A DNA stretch of 64,000 bases from Methanomethylovorans hollandica DSM 15978. GTDB taxonomy: Archaea > Halobacteriota > Methanosarcinia > Methanosarcinales > Methanosarcinaceae. Below the pieces are notes generated by a model. It did no database searches. It saw only the letters and a program-made list of their open reading frames with translations, and was not told where the DNA came from. The DNA lies in the NCBI RefSeq assembly GCF_000328665.1, contig NC_019977.1, positions 248,001 through 312,000 on the forward strand, written 5' to 3'. A program made the translations under genes and the position numbers. Of this stretch, positions 20,076 to 30,707 are shown one piece after another (the first letter of the stretch is position 1; each line of letters opens with the position of its first letter).

Positions 20076-21158
20076 TCAGAAATCTGTGATCAAAGTTTGC
20101 CTTTCATCTATCTTCTCAAGATTTGAAACTCCAACTCCCAGCAATCTGAACCTGCCGGTCCCTATAAACTCTTTCATTAGGTACATGGCTTCTCTTCTCA
20201 TAATGTAGAGGTCTGTGCTGGCACAGCTTAAAGTCCTGGAGCGCGTATATGTACTGAAGTTCTCATATCTCACTCTGATAGTGATGGTACGAAAACGGTA
20301 TCTCTTTTTCAAAAGGGATGCATGTACTTTCCCGGACAGAGCGTAGAATACTTTTTTGATGGTGTCAGGGTCAGCTATATCCTCATCGAAGGTATCTTCT
20401 TTACTTATGGATTTTATTCCCTCTCTTTCCTCTATCTCTCTTTCATCGATGCCATTAGCCATCCCATGCATCGTGAGTCCTAATTTCCCAAAACGTGCTA
20501 TGAGTATTTGCACATCGTATTTTGCGAGCTCTCCGACCGTTTCAAGCCCCATTTCATGCAACAGCGGTGCAGTTTTTTTTCCAATTCCGGGTATTTTAGA
20601 TATGGGTAATGGGTCCAGGAATTGCCTCACTTCCTCTGGTCTTACAACAGTAAGGCCATCGGGCTTATTGAAATCAGATGCGATCTTGGCTATCACTTTA
20701 TTTGGTGCTATTCCCACGGAACATGTAAGCCCTTCCATGTGCAGTATCTTTTCCTTGATGGTCTTTGCTACATCAATGGCTTTGTCGTATTCTGTGATGT
20801 CCTTGCCAAGTTCCATATATGCTTCATCCACACTGACTTGCTGAAATCTTAAAGAGAAATCTCTGACTATTTCCATTATCCGGGTAGATGTGCATTTATA
20901 CAGTTCCATATTGACCGGAAGGTATACTCCACCGGGACATAGTTTATAAGCTTTGGATATGGGCATTCCCGAATGTATGCCATATTTGCGGGCTTCATAG
21001 GAGCAGGTACTTACTACGCCTCTTCCAATACCATTTTTAGGGTCGGAGCCCACTATGACTGCTCTGCCCCTCAGTTCCGGGGCTTCTCTTGTCTCCACTG
21101 AAGAATAAAAACTGTCCATGTCAATGTGCAGTGTTATACGTATTCGCTCTATACTCAT
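20076..21158 (-). CDS. dinB: DNA polymerase IV (Y family)
   Basis: HIDMDSFYSSVE, CSYEARKYG, SVDEAY, AKIASDFNKPDG. Confidence 0.96.
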   Translation of the reverse strand: MSIERIRITLHIDMDSFYSSVETREAPELRGRAVIVGSDPKNGIGRGVVSTCSYEARKYGIHSGMPISKAYKLCPGGVYLPVNMELYKCTSTRIMEIVRDFSLRFQQVSVDEAYMELGKDITEYDKAIDVAKTIKEKILHMEGLTCSVGIAPNKVIAKIASDFNKPDGLTVVRPEEVRQFLDPLPISKIPGIGKKTAPLLHEMGLETVGELAKYDVQILIARFGKLGLTMHGMANGIDEREIEEREGIKSISKEDTFDEDIADPDTIKKVFYALSGKVHASLLKKRYRFRTITIRVRYENFSTYTRSRTLSCASTDLYIMRREAMYLMKEFIGTGRFRLLGVGVSNLEKIDERQTLITDF

Positions 21159-21289
21159 TTAGAATCTCATATATAATTAAGGGATTATAGTTAGTGATCC
21201 ATGCGGAGTGAAAGTAATTTATTGGAATGTGCTTCTTTCCGGTGTATTGAAATAACATCATCTGCTTACTATTACAGAAAGGGATCCCA

Positions 21290-21577
21290 ATGTACGTATA
21301 TATTGCTATTATGGCTTATTTTGTTGTATTGTTCCTCACATTGAGGGATATAAGGATCTTCAGGCGTACGGGGATCATCTCGTACAGAAAGGGTGCCTTG
21401 AAAGGTATCATCGCCTCTTTTGTAATGCTTGTAGGTGTGGTCCTAACAGTATTAAACCCTGAATTAGGTCTGTTGATAGTGTTCATCGGTCTTTATGTAA
21501 ACCGCAAGGGCCAAAGGGAAGTAGTTTTCAGGCAGGCGAATACTCTTGACAGACTGCTTGGAAAGACCGATATATGA
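21290..21577 (+). CDS. Hypothetical membrane protein
   Basis: 95 aa, about three hydrophobic segments, RDIRIFRRTG..SYRKGALKG. Confidence 0.7.
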   Translation: MYVYIAIMAYFVVLFLTLRDIRIFRRTGIISYRKGALKGIIASFVMLVGVVLTVLNPELGLLIVFIGLYVNRKGQREVVFRQANTLDRLLGKTDI

Positions 21578-21756
21578 TGTTGTGAATTTGCACTTTTGTC
21601 CGGTACACCACTTTTGTGGAATGTAGGATTTTGTTAGATGTATCTTTCATTCCAAAAGTTATAAATGCATGAGTAGTTATAAGCGGTACAAATTCCACTT
21701 TGGAGAAATCCTATTAAAATAACAATAATATATTCATCATAAATGGAGAGACATAC

Positions 21757-21951
21757 ATGGGAAATATAAGACAGAACAACATCAAGACAATTTCATTTCG
21801 CCTTATTGAGTCTTACGGTGACGTTTTTACAAAGGACTTTGACGCGAACAAGCAACTTGTTTCAAAGTATACCACCATTGAAAGCAAGGTCATAAGGAAC
21901 CGTGTGGCCGGCTATGTCACACGCAAGATGACACACGTACGCATGGAATAA
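21757..21951 (+). CDS. rps17e: 30S ribosomal protein S17e
   Basis: [35 protein letters not shown]. Confidence 0.96.
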   Translation: MGNIRQNNIKTISFRLIESYGDVFTKDFDANKQLVSKYTTIESKVIRNRVAGYVTRKMTHVRME

Positions 21952-21972
21952 AGATCCGGTCGAAGTGGTACC

Positions 21973-22848
21973 ATGTTCGAAGGAGTATTTCCTGCTCTTA
22001 TTACACCTTTCAATGCCGATAACAGGATAGATGTCGCGTCTTTCAGGAACATTGTCGAGTATGTGGAAAAAGGAGGTGTTGCAGGAATGGTGGCTTGCGG
22101 GACTACTGGTGAGTCCGCGACCATGTCCACTCAGGAGCACATGGAGCTCATCGATCTTACCGTAGACTGTGCCAACACCACTGTTATCGCTGGTACTGGT
22201 TCTAACAACACCACTGAAGCAGTGGAGCTTACAAGGCATGCATACGATGCAGGTGCAAATGCAGTGCTGATCATATCTCCGTATTACAATAAGCCCAACA
22301 ATGCCGGCCTCATTGCACACTTTTCCAGCATTGCCAGGTCTGCGGATATCCCTGTTATCCTGTACAATGTACCCTCGCGCACAGGGCAGGACATGCCTCT
22401 GGAAGTTATTACTGAGCTTTCCAGGATCGAGAACATTGTTGGTATAAAGGAAGCAAGCGGAAATCCTGTGAAGGTTTCCCGCATTATTGAAAATACAGTG
22501 GATGAGGACTTTATGGTCATTTCAGGTGAGGATGGCCTTACATTGCCCCTTATGTGTATGGGAGCAGTGGGTGTTATCTCAGTGGTTGCCAATGTCGTTC
22601 CTGAAAAAATGACGGAGCTTGTGAACGCAGTTAAAAACAATGATCTCAAAAAGGCTCAGGCACTTCATTATGAGCTTGCACCTCTCACACGTGCCCTTTT
22701 CTCAGAAACGAATCCTATTCCTGTAAAGAAAGCTATGGACATGCTGGGTCTGGCAAATGGCAGACTAAGACTTCCTCTTGCTCCTTTAAGCAGAGAGCAT
22801 GAAACGATCCTTGAAGATGTAATGAGGGGTCTGGGGTGTATATCATGA
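21973..22848 (+). CDS. dapA: 4-hydroxy-tetrahydrodipicolinate synthase
   Basis: PALITPF, CGTTGES, PYYNKP, LYNVPSRTG, GIKEASG, NPIPVK. Confidence 0.96.
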   Translation: MFEGVFPALITPFNADNRIDVASFRNIVEYVEKGGVAGMVACGTTGESATMSTQEHMELIDLTVDCANTTVIAGTGSNNTTEAVELTRHAYDAGANAVLIISPYYNKPNNAGLIAHFSSIARSADIPVILYNVPSRTGQDMPLEVITELSRIENIVGIKEASGNPVKVSRIIENTVDEDFMVISGEDGLTLPLMCMGAVGVISVVANVVPEKMTELVNAVKNNDLKKAQALHYELAPLTRALFSETNPIPVKKAMDMLGLANGRLRLPLAPLSREHETILEDVMRGLGCIS

Positions 22849-23636
22849 TAAGGGCAGCAGTCACAGGAGCATCAGGAAGGATGGGTAAGCTCATAATTTC
22901 CAACATTATTGCTTCTGATGGAGTGGAACTCTCAGCGGCATTCGATCTGGTGAACATTGGTAAGGATGCCGGAGAAACTGCACAGGTAGGTAATCTTGGA
23001 GTTCCCATATCCGATGTAAAGGATATGGAAAATGTCCTTAAGGAGTCATCTACTGATGTACTTATCGATTTTACTATAGCCGATGCAACTGTTGTCAACG
23101 CTCCAAGGGCAGCTTCTGCAGGTGTGAATTTGGTCATCGGAACAACCGGTTTTTCCAGCGATCAAAAACAGATCATAGAGTCAGCTGTTTCTAAACACGG
23201 TGTAGCAGGCATTATTTCGCCTAACTTCTCAGTAGGTGTAAATGTGTTTTTCAAGATACTCGCAGAATCCTCTAAATACTTGGCAGATTTTGACATTGAG
23301 ATCATCGAAGCACATCACAACAAAAAGAAAGATGCTCCAAGTGGCACTGCTATGAAGGCTGCAGATGTTATCAGTGCTGTACTGGGTGGCAAGGAATATG
23401 TGTTTGGCCGCCAGGGTATTGCACCACGTAAAAAGGAAATCGGAATTCATGCGGTGCGTGGCGGGGACATTGTAGGTGACCATACGGTACTATTCGCAGG
23501 AGATGGTGAACGTATCGAGGTCAAACATCAGGCACATTCCAGACAGGCATTTGCTTCAGGTGCTGTAAAGGCTGCCGCGTGGATATGCAATGCCGGTCCT
23601 GGTATGTATACCATGGAAGATATTCTTGGCTTGTAA
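22845..23636 (+). CDS. dapB: 4-hydroxy-tetrahydrodipicolinate reductase
   Basis: GASGRMG, IDFT, GTTGF, PNFSVGVN, EAHHNKKKDAPSGTA; ATGA overlap with dapA. Confidence 0.96.
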   Translation: MIRAAVTGASGRMGKLIISNIIASDGVELSAAFDLVNIGKDAGETAQVGNLGVPISDVKDMENVLKESSTDVLIDFTIADATVVNAPRAASAGVNLVIGTTGFSSDQKQIIESAVSKHGVAGIISPNFSVGVNVFFKILAESSKYLADFDIEIIEAHHNKKKDAPSGTAMKAADVISAVLGGKEYVFGRQGIAPRKKEIGIHAVRGGDIVGDHTVLFAGDGERIEVKHQAHSRQAFASGAVKAAAWICNAGPGMYTMEDILGL

Positions 23637-23638
23637 GT

Positions 23639-24133
23639 CTATTCTCTTAATAGGTGGTCAGCTATGTCTTCTGATATTATACGCTCACAGTAGGCGCAGC
23701 GCAGGTTAATTGTATTGTCTTCCTCATATACGTGGAATTTAGATGTGATAGGTTCAGAACTATTTGATATGCAGTTAGGGTTAATACATTGGACCACTCC
23801 CTCCACATATTCCGGGATTTCTACTCTGTTCTTTTTGAGGACTTTAAAATCCCTTATTATATTGATAGTCGCATTGGGAGCTATCAGTGATATCTTATCT
23901 AGTTCTTTAACTTTCAGTTCTCTGTTCTCGATCTTTACTACGTCTTTCTTCCCATACTTGCTGGGAGAATTAATGAGGACACTCACCACACTTTTAAATT
24001 GGCTAGGCAGTTTGAGTATATGCAGGACATTAAGGGCTTGCCCCGCATTTATATGATCGATTACTGTACCATTTTCGATTGGGCGGACCCTGAGTCCGGG
24101 TTCCAGTTCAAAGTCCATATGCTCTGAGTTCAT
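23639..24133 (-). CDS. pyrI: Aspartate carbamoyltransferase regulatory subunit
   Basis: IENGTVIDHI, KKDVVKIE, CINPNCISN, RCAYCE. Confidence 0.96.
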   Translation of the reverse strand: MNSEHMDFELEPGLRVRPIENGTVIDHINAGQALNVLHILKLPSQFKSVVSVLINSPSKYGKKDVVKIENRELKVKELDKISLIAPNATINIIRDFKVLKKNRVEIPEYVEGVVQCINPNCISNSSEPITSKFHVYEEDNTINLRCAYCERIISEDIADHLLRE

Positions 24134-25056
24134 TCCATCCCTCCCATTACAAGAGCCAGAAGTGCCATCCTTATGGGCACTCCGTAAAAAGCCTGCTTGA
24201 AATAACAGGCATGTGAAGTACTATCTACAAGCGGGTCTATCTCATTTACTCTGGGCAGAGGATGCATGATCTTCAGATGGCTTTTAGCATTCTCGAGAAG
24301 TTCAGGTGTGATCTGCAGGCTGCTCGCCACGCGAAGGTATTCCGCAGGATCGGGGAACCTTTCTTTCTGTATTCGTGTTACATATAACACATCCACCTCA
24401 GTTATAGCCTCATCGATGGAATCTGCTTGTCTCACATTCACACCCCTGGCTTCCAGATCTTTTATTATCTCATAGGGCATGCGTAGTTCATCCGGTGAAA
24501 CAAGAGTTATATCAGCTCCGTAATGAGCAAGTGCATAGCACAGAGAATGCACGGTCCTTCCATATTTCATATCTCCTGCCAGTGCTATCTTCACACCTTC
24601 AAGTTTGCTCTCACGCTTGATGGTGTAAAGGTCAAGTAATGTCTGAGTAGGATGATGTCCTGCCCCATCTCCAGCGTTGATCACAGGAACCTGAGAAAAC
24701 TCTGAGGCCATGCGTGCCGCACCTTCCTTTGGATGTCGCAATATGATGGCATCTGCATAGCTCTGCACTACACGAATGGTGTCAGCAAGTGTCTCTCCCT
24801 TGGATATGGAACTTGCATCCACGGATCCCATGCTGAGTACTTCTCCTCCCAGCCTTATCATTGCGGTCTCAAAAGACATGCGTGTTCTGGTACTAGGTTC
24901 AAAGAACAGTACTCCAAGCACCTTACCAGCAAGCATGCCAGAGCGTTCTTTCCTGACAGCTATCGGTTCAAGTTTCTCCGCTGTCTCAAGTATATGGTCG
25001 ATCATCTCTTTTGAGAAATCTTTCATCGATAAGATGTGCAGGTCTTTGAAGTACAT
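24130..25056 (-). CDS. pyrB: Aspartate carbamoyltransferase catalytic subunit
   Basis: FFEPSTRTRMSF, KGETLADT, HPTQTLLD, MHPLPR. Confidence 0.97.
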   Translation of the reverse strand: MYFKDLHILSMKDFSKEMIDHILETAEKLEPIAVRKERSGMLAGKVLGVLFFEPSTRTRMSFETAMIRLGGEVLSMGSVDASSISKGETLADTIRVVQSYADAIILRHPKEGAARMASEFSQVPVINAGDGAGHHPTQTLLDLYTIKRESKLEGVKIALAGDMKYGRTVHSLCYALAHYGADITLVSPDELRMPYEIIKDLEARGVNVRQADSIDEAITEVDVLYVTRIQKERFPDPAEYLRVASSLQITPELLENAKSHLKIMHPLPRVNEIDPLVDSTSHACYFKQAFYGVPIRMALLALVMGGME

Positions 25057-25282
25057 TTATCGTAAAAAGTGCAGCATGGAATATAATATTTCCCGGTCTC
25101 TTCATTGGTGAATCTGGTAGTTGTTCATTTACTTTCTTTCTTTATCTGTTATCCTGTCCTCATTTTCCAAAACACTCCTTCCCATGTTGCGTTTGCTCAC
25201 ATTCTATATCATATCCCTCGATTAAGTTTATAGGTATTAAGGTCTGTTTAATTATAACAAATTATATTCAGAAGGTGATTAC

Positions 25283-26563
25283 ATAAGACCTATCATTCAG
25301 GTAGCCCTTGACCTAGTCGAAACAGACCGGGCCGTACAGATTGCGAAAGAAGCTATTGAAGGGGGTGTTGACTGGATAGAGGTTGGTACTCCATTGATCA
25401 AGAGCGAGGGAATGGAAGCAGTACGAACACTAAAAAAAGCTTTTCCTGATAACATAATTCTTGCCGATATGAAAGTGGCTGATACAGGTGCAATTGAAGT
25501 GGAAATGGCTTCAAAGGCAGGTGCAGATATTGTCATGGTGCTGGCCGGAGCCGATGATTCTACTATCATTGAATCTGTGAAAGCTGCAAAAAAGTATGGT
25601 GTGAAGCTTATGGCAGACCTGATATCTGTGGATGATCCCATAACAAGGGCCAGGAAACTTGAACAAATGGGTGTGGATTATATCAATGTACATTCAGGTA
25701 TTGACCAGCAGATGGTAGGTAGGGATCCTCTGGATATTGTATCTGAGGTCGTAAAGGAAGTATCAATTCCTGTTGCAGCCGCAGGTGGTCTTGATGCAGC
25801 GGGTTGTGCCAGAGCAGTGCTTGCCGGAGCAAGCATTGTCATTGTAGGTGGCAACATCATAAGGTCTGCAGATGTGCATACTTCTGCCAGGAAGGTAAGG
25901 GATGCTGTAGACTCTCCTTCTGTGATACAGGTTTCAAAGCCTTCTCAGGATTCTGAGATCCGTAAGTTATTACTGGAAGTTTCCACGGCCAACATCTCAG
26001 ATGCCATGCACCGTAAGGGTGTCATGAAAGATATCCGTCCTATGCTGAAAGGTAAAAAAATGGTAGGCACTGCTATAACGGTACAGACCTTTGGGGGCGA
26101 CTGGGCAAAGCCCGTTGAGGCCATAGATATGGCAAAAGACGGGGATGTCATTGTTATCTATAATGGCAGGAGAGATGTCGCTCCCTGGGGTGGTCTGGCA
26201 ACTCTCAGTTGTCTGAACAAGGGTGTTGCCGGGGTAGTTATTGATGGAGCTGTAAGGGATATCGATGATATCAGCACCATGAGCCTGCCGGTGTTTGCAA
26301 GCAGCTATGTGCCCAATGCCGGTGAACCTAAAGGTTTCGGTGAGATCAATACCGAGATCACTTGCGGGTCACAGACTGTCAAGCCGGGAGATTACATTGT
26401 AGGCGATGATAATGGTGTTGTCGTTATACCAAAGGAGAATGCCTATGAGATCGCAAGAAGGGCTAAGGAAGTGGAAAAGACCGAAAAACGTCTTTTTGAG
26501 GAGATCAAAAGGGGTGCTACTCTTTCAGAAGTGATGCAGCTTAAAAAATGGGAGAAACAGTAA
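25283..26563 (+). CDS. hps: 3-hexulose-6-phosphate synthase fused to RraA/MenG-like domain (probable ATA start)
   Basis: The frame upstream of the tracked TTG encodes [31 protein letters not shown]-terminal [27 protein letters not shown]. Confidence 0.88.
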   Translation: MRPIIQVALDLVETDRAVQIAKEAIEGGVDWIEVGTPLIKSEGMEAVRTLKKAFPDNIILADMKVADTGAIEVEMASKAGADIVMVLAGADDSTIIESVKAAKKYGVKLMADLISVDDPITRARKLEQMGVDYINVHSGIDQQMVGRDPLDIVSEVVKEVSIPVAAAGGLDAAGCARAVLAGASIVIVGGNIIRSADVHTSARKVRDAVDSPSVIQVSKPSQDSEIRKLLLEVSTANISDAMHRKGVMKDIRPMLKGKKMVGTAITVQTFGGDWAKPVEAIDMAKDGDVIVIYNGRRDVAPWGGLATLSCLNKGVAGVVIDGAVRDIDDISTMSLPVFASSYVPNAGEPKGFGEINTEITCGSQTVKPGDYIVGDDNGVVVIPKENAYEIARRAKEVEKTEKRLFEEIKRGATLSEVMQLKKWEKQ

Positions 26564-26564
26564 T

Positions 26565-27332
26565 ATGCTAGAACTCCTTAAAGTCCTTGTGTGCCTGCCT
26601 TTCCTTGCATACTCATGTTACTCCGACATCAAGACCCGCCGTGTTTCCAATAAGGTCTGGCCGATCATGCTGGGTGCAGCTTCACCCTTTATACTCCATG
26701 AGATGATCACTTCCGGCTTACCCTATATTTTCAGGACTGTGATTTCTTTTGTTGTGATATTTATTTTTGTTTACATACTCTTCATATTGCATGCTTTCGG
26801 AGGAGCAGATGCAAAAGTGCTCATGGTCATCTCTATCATTCTGCCCGTTTTTCCGCAATTATCACTGAATGTTGTACAACTTCCTTTGTGGGGAGTTCCT
26901 CTGCTGGATCTGTTCACATTCAGTGTTTTTGGTAATTCAGTGCTTATGACTATCATAGTGCCCCTCGGTCTTTTGATTTACAACCTGGTGACAGTTCCTC
27001 CAAAAGAACTTATAAAAAAGCCTTTATATGCCCTCATAGGTTACAGACAGCATATAGACAACCTGGAAGAGGGTCATTTCAGGCTGATCGAGAAGCATGA
27101 GGAAACGCCCAATGGCGTGGTCCAAAGGTTTACACGCACAGGCACTTCCGTAGATCGCGATATGATCCTTAAACTGCAAGCACTGCATAGGAAAGGCTCA
27201 ATAGGGGAACATGTGTGGATCACTCCCGGTCTTCCTTTTATGATACCCATAACCGCAGGCTTTTTAGCTGCTATTCTCTTTGGGGATCTTATATTCCATA
27301 TGTCCTTTAATTATCTGGTGCCTTTGGTCTGA
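26565..27332 (+). CDS. flaK: A24 family prepilin/preflagellin peptidase (FlaK/PibD-like)
   Basis: YSDIKTRRVSNKVW, FGGADAK, VWITPGLPFMIPI. Confidence 0.88.
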   Translation: MLELLKVLVCLPFLAYSCYSDIKTRRVSNKVWPIMLGAASPFILHEMITSGLPYIFRTVISFVVIFIFVYILFILHAFGGADAKVLMVISIILPVFPQLSLNVVQLPLWGVPLLDLFTFSVFGNSVLMTIIVPLGLLIYNLVTVPPKELIKKPLYALIGYRQHIDNLEEGHFRLIEKHEETPNGVVQRFTRTGTSVDRDMILKLQALHRKGSIGEHVWITPGLPFMIPITAGFLAAILFGDLIFHMSFNYLVPLV

Positions 27333-27383
27333 CCGGCAATGTTTAGTAACCGGCTCCACATATCTTTCTATGGAGGTATATTT

Positions 27384-27512
27384 ATGGAAGAAAAGGATAC
27401 CACACAGGAAAAGAAAGATACGGATACAGAAGAGGTCGCAAAGATCAGCCCGATCCACCCGGGTGACAGGCGGGGACACGCCAAACGTCATTTGCTGGAT
27501 ACATGTGAGTGA
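27384..27512 (+). CDS. Unannotated 42-aa small protein
   Basis: GGAGGT RBS then MEEKDTTQEKKDTDTEEVAKISPIHPGDRRGHAKRHLLDTCE*. Confidence 0.55.
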   Translation: MEEKDTTQEKKDTDTEEVAKISPIHPGDRRGHAKRHLLDTCE

Positions 27513-27533
27513 GATATTCTCATTCTCTGCAGC

Positions 27534-29612
27534 TTACTTTTTATAAACCAGGATGTCTGACCAGACCTCTTGTATATATTTATCAGGCATCTCTGTTCCC
27601 AGTTGCTCTTTTGTTAACCTGATTAATTCTTCCCGAAGGCCCATTATGCACTGGATCACTTTTTCTTTCTTATCTTCTTCAGTTTCAACTTCCTGTGTAG
27701 TTGCTTCAATGCTATCTTTTGAAGTACCTTTCAGATGATCTCTTATTTCTGTCAGGAACATATCTCCGTATTTCTGTAGCTTGTATTCTCCCACGCCGGT
27801 GATCTCCAGCAGTTCTTTTTCGTTCAGGGGCATCTGGGTTGCCATCTGTTTCAAGCTCGTATCTGCAAACACGATATAAGGTGGAACTCCCTCTTTGCTT
27901 GCGATCTTTTTACGCAGTTCCTTTAACCTTGAGAACAGTTCATTATCTATTCTATTGACAGTTCCAGTTTGTTTCTTTGTTATATATTCGGTTTCTATTT
28001 CTTTAACTCTCGCAAGATCGCTTTGATGGTCACTTGCTTTGGGTTTTTTCAGTTGGTCTGTCGCTATTTGCTTACCCAAAGCCAAGAGTGAATCGTTGCT
28101 TGATGCTAATTGTATCATCTCTACAGTTCTTTTCCCTGCAATGACCTGTTCACTATCTTTGTCGAGTTTGAGCAAAGGATATCTAGAACCTTCGAGCCTT
28201 AATATTCCCTGATGGGCCAGTTCTCTTGCAATGTCTGCCCACCTGTCCTTTGGAAGATAAGTGCCCGTCCCATAACTGCTCAGCCTATGATGCCCTTTTT
28301 CAGTTATCTTTTTGCTATTTGATCCGGTAAGTATCTCCGTTACATGTGTGATACCATACCTCTGGCTTACTTCCTTCACGCATCTGATGAGCAGCTTTGC
28401 TTCTTCCGTAGCATCAGTTATTTTCACAGGCTGCAGGCATACATCACATCCTCCGCAGTTCTCCTCTTGCAGCTCTTCACCAAAATAACGCAGCAGCATT
28501 TTCCTTCTGCATATTGTGCTCTGGCAGTAGTCCATTACCTCTTTGAGTTTTAACCTGGCTGCCTCACGCTCTTCACTTTTCGCTATCTGGTCGATGAAAT
28601 AATCTATCTTATACTTGTCACCGCGGCTGAAAAATAGTATACATTCGCATTCAAGACCATCCCTGCCACCCCTTCCTGTTTCCTGGTAATAGCTTTCAAG
28701 ATTGCGCGGAAGGTCGTAGTGTATAACAAAGCGGACGTTGGGTTTATCTATCCCCATACCAAAAGCAATGGTAGCAACGATGATCTCCGCATCGTCTTTT
28801 ATGAAAATGTCCTGGTTCCTGCTCCTTGCAGCATCGGAGAGCCCTGCATGATAAGGCAGGGCATTGAACCCGCTTTTACGCAATTTTCCCGTTAGTTCAT
28901 CTACGGTCTTGCGGCTCTGGCAATATATGATACCGCTTTTATCCTTTCTTTTCCGCAGGAATTCCACGATCTGTTCATAGGTCTCTTTCTTTGGTCTGAC
29001 CTGATAAAGAAGATTTTTACGGTTGAAACTTGCGACGTATGTATTGCAATCTTCAATGTGCAACTGGGATATTGTGTCTTTCCGTACCTTGGGAGTAGCG
29101 GTTGCAGTAAGTGCTATGATGGGGATGTGCGGATATTTTCTTTTAAGAATGCTGAGTTTCCTGTACTCAGGTCTGAAATCATGTCCCCACTCAGATATGC
29201 AATGACTTTCATCTATAGCGAACAGGTTTACTTTTATTCTGTCAAGCAGCGTCAATGTACTGGACAAGGTAAGCCTTTCAGGAGCAACATACAGCAGTTT
29301 GATAATGTTGTTTTCAAGTTCCTGCTTTATCTGATTGCTTTCCTTGTAACTTAATGTACTGTTCAGGTATGCTGCTTCAACACCATTGGCCCGGAGTGTA
29401 TCCACCTGGTCCTTCATAAGGGAAATGAGTGGTGATACTACCACAGTGACACCGTTCATCAGAAGTGCAGGTAACTGGTAACAGATAGATTTTCCTCCTC
29501 CGGTGGGCATCAACACAAAAACATCTTTTCCTGCAATTACATCCTTTATGATATCTTCCTGCAGGGGTCTGAATGTATCGTATCCGAAGTACTTTCTTAA
29601 TGTCCGGTGCAT
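27534..29612 (-). CDS. recQ: ATP-dependent DNA helicase RecQ
   Basis: MPTGGGKSICYQ, DESHCISEWGHDFRP, QETGRGGRDG, Zn-RQC CRRK..CGGCDVC, HRDC PPYIVF. Confidence 0.96.
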   Translation of the reverse strand: MHRTLRKYFGYDTFRPLQEDIIKDVIAGKDVFVLMPTGGGKSICYQLPALLMNGVTVVVSPLISLMKDQVDTLRANGVEAAYLNSTLSYKESNQIKQELENNIIKLLYVAPERLTLSSTLTLLDRIKVNLFAIDESHCISEWGHDFRPEYRKLSILKRKYPHIPIIALTATATPKVRKDTISQLHIEDCNTYVASFNRKNLLYQVRPKKETYEQIVEFLRKRKDKSGIIYCQSRKTVDELTGKLRKSGFNALPYHAGLSDAARSRNQDIFIKDDAEIIVATIAFGMGIDKPNVRFVIHYDLPRNLESYYQETGRGGRDGLECECILFFSRGDKYKIDYFIDQIAKSEEREAARLKLKEVMDYCQSTICRRKMLLRYFGEELQEENCGGCDVCLQPVKITDATEEAKLLIRCVKEVSQRYGITHVTEILTGSNSKKITEKGHHRLSSYGTGTYLPKDRWADIARELAHQGILRLEGSRYPLLKLDKDSEQVIAGKRTVEMIQLASSNDSLLALGKQIATDQLKKPKASDHQSDLARVKEIETEYITKKQTGTVNRIDNELFSRLKELRKKIASKEGVPPYIVFADTSLKQMATQMPLNEKELLEITGVGEYKLQKYGDMFLTEIRDHLKGTSKDSIEATTQEVETEEDKKEKVIQCIMGLREELIRLTKEQLGTEMPDKYIQEVWSDILVYKK

Positions 29613-29792
29613 CGCTCTACAGTTAACATTGGCTGTATATAACTATAGTTGATGTCATGATTATAATTGAAGATCGTTCCGCAAGAATTTAAATATCATA
29701 TCGACAGCATTAAATCTATATATGTAATAATCCGCTCAAATCACTGATCCATTCTTTATAATTCATCAATATATTATATGTGGAGCAATCCT

Positions 29793-30707
29793 ATGGTTAA
29801 AGTTGACAGATTCATTCCTCAGAGTATAGAGAAGATAAAGGAACAGATATCTGGTCCTGCTATTATAGCTCTTTCAGGCGGTGTTGACAGTTCAGTTTGT
29901 GCTGTACTTGCACATCGTGCAATAGGGGAGTTATTGTATCCTATATATATCGATACCGGGCTCATGCGTAAAGGGGAAACTCAGAGAATAAAGGAAATCT
30001 TCTCTGATATGAACTTACAGGTCGTAGATGGCAGAGAGCGTTTCCTGGAAGCTCTGAAAGGCATAGATGATCCGGAAATAAAGCGCAAAGCTGTCGGTGA
30101 AACGTTCATCAGGATATTTGAAGAAGAGGCACGGCTGCTTAAAGCAGAGTTCCTCATTCAGGGAACCATCTATCCCGACAGGATAGAATCCGAGGGCGGT
30201 ATAAAATCCCATCACAATGTAGGTGGGTTGCCATCGGTTGTGGATTTCAGGTCCATTGTAGAACCTCTGGAGGACCTGTATAAGGACGAGGTAAGAGAAG
30301 TTGCCAGAGCATTGGGTCTGCCTCATGAGATATCTGAGCGCATGCCCTTTCCGGGGCCGGGACTCTCAGTACGTATAGTAGGCGAGGTTACTGAGGAAAA
30401 AGTCGAGGCAGTAAGGGAAGCCAATGCCATAGTAGAGGCAGAACTTCTGGAAAGGTTCCATCCCTGGCAGACGTTTGCTGCCATAGTGGGCAAAGGCACT
30501 GGTGTCAAAGGTGACCAGAGGGTCCATGGGTGGATAGTCGCAGTACGTGCTGTTGGTTCCCGTGACGGTATGACAGCAGAGGCCATGGAACTGCCCTGGG
30601 ATGTTCTAAGGCGCATCGAGTCGCGCATTACAGGTGAGATCTCATCAGTAGCAAGAGTTGTGTATGACCTGTCTCCGAAACCCCCGGCAACCATCGAGTT
30701 TGAGTAA
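29793..30707 (+). CDS. guaAB: GMP synthase subunit B (ATP pyrophosphatase)
   Basis: [46 protein letters not shown]. Confidence 0.96.
   Translation: MVKVDRFIPQSIEKIKEQISGPAIIALSGGVDSSVCAVLAHRAIGELLYPIYIDTGLMRKGETQRIKEIFSDMNLQVVDGRERFLEALKGIDDPEIKRKAVGETFIRIFEEEARLLKAEFLIQGTIYPDRIESEGGIKSHHNVGGLPSVVDFRSIVEPLEDLYKDEVREVARALGLPHEISERMPFPGPGLSVRIVGEVTEEKVEAVREANAIVEAELLERFHPWQTFAAIVGKGTGVKGDQRVHGWIVAVRAVGSRDGMTAEAMELPWDVLRRIESRITGEISSVARVVYDLSPKPPATIEFE

Noticed and set aside
25085..25190. Tiny minus-strand ORFs upstream of pyrB as leader peptides
   Set aside because: Only 8-18 codons, no attenuator structure or informative codon bias
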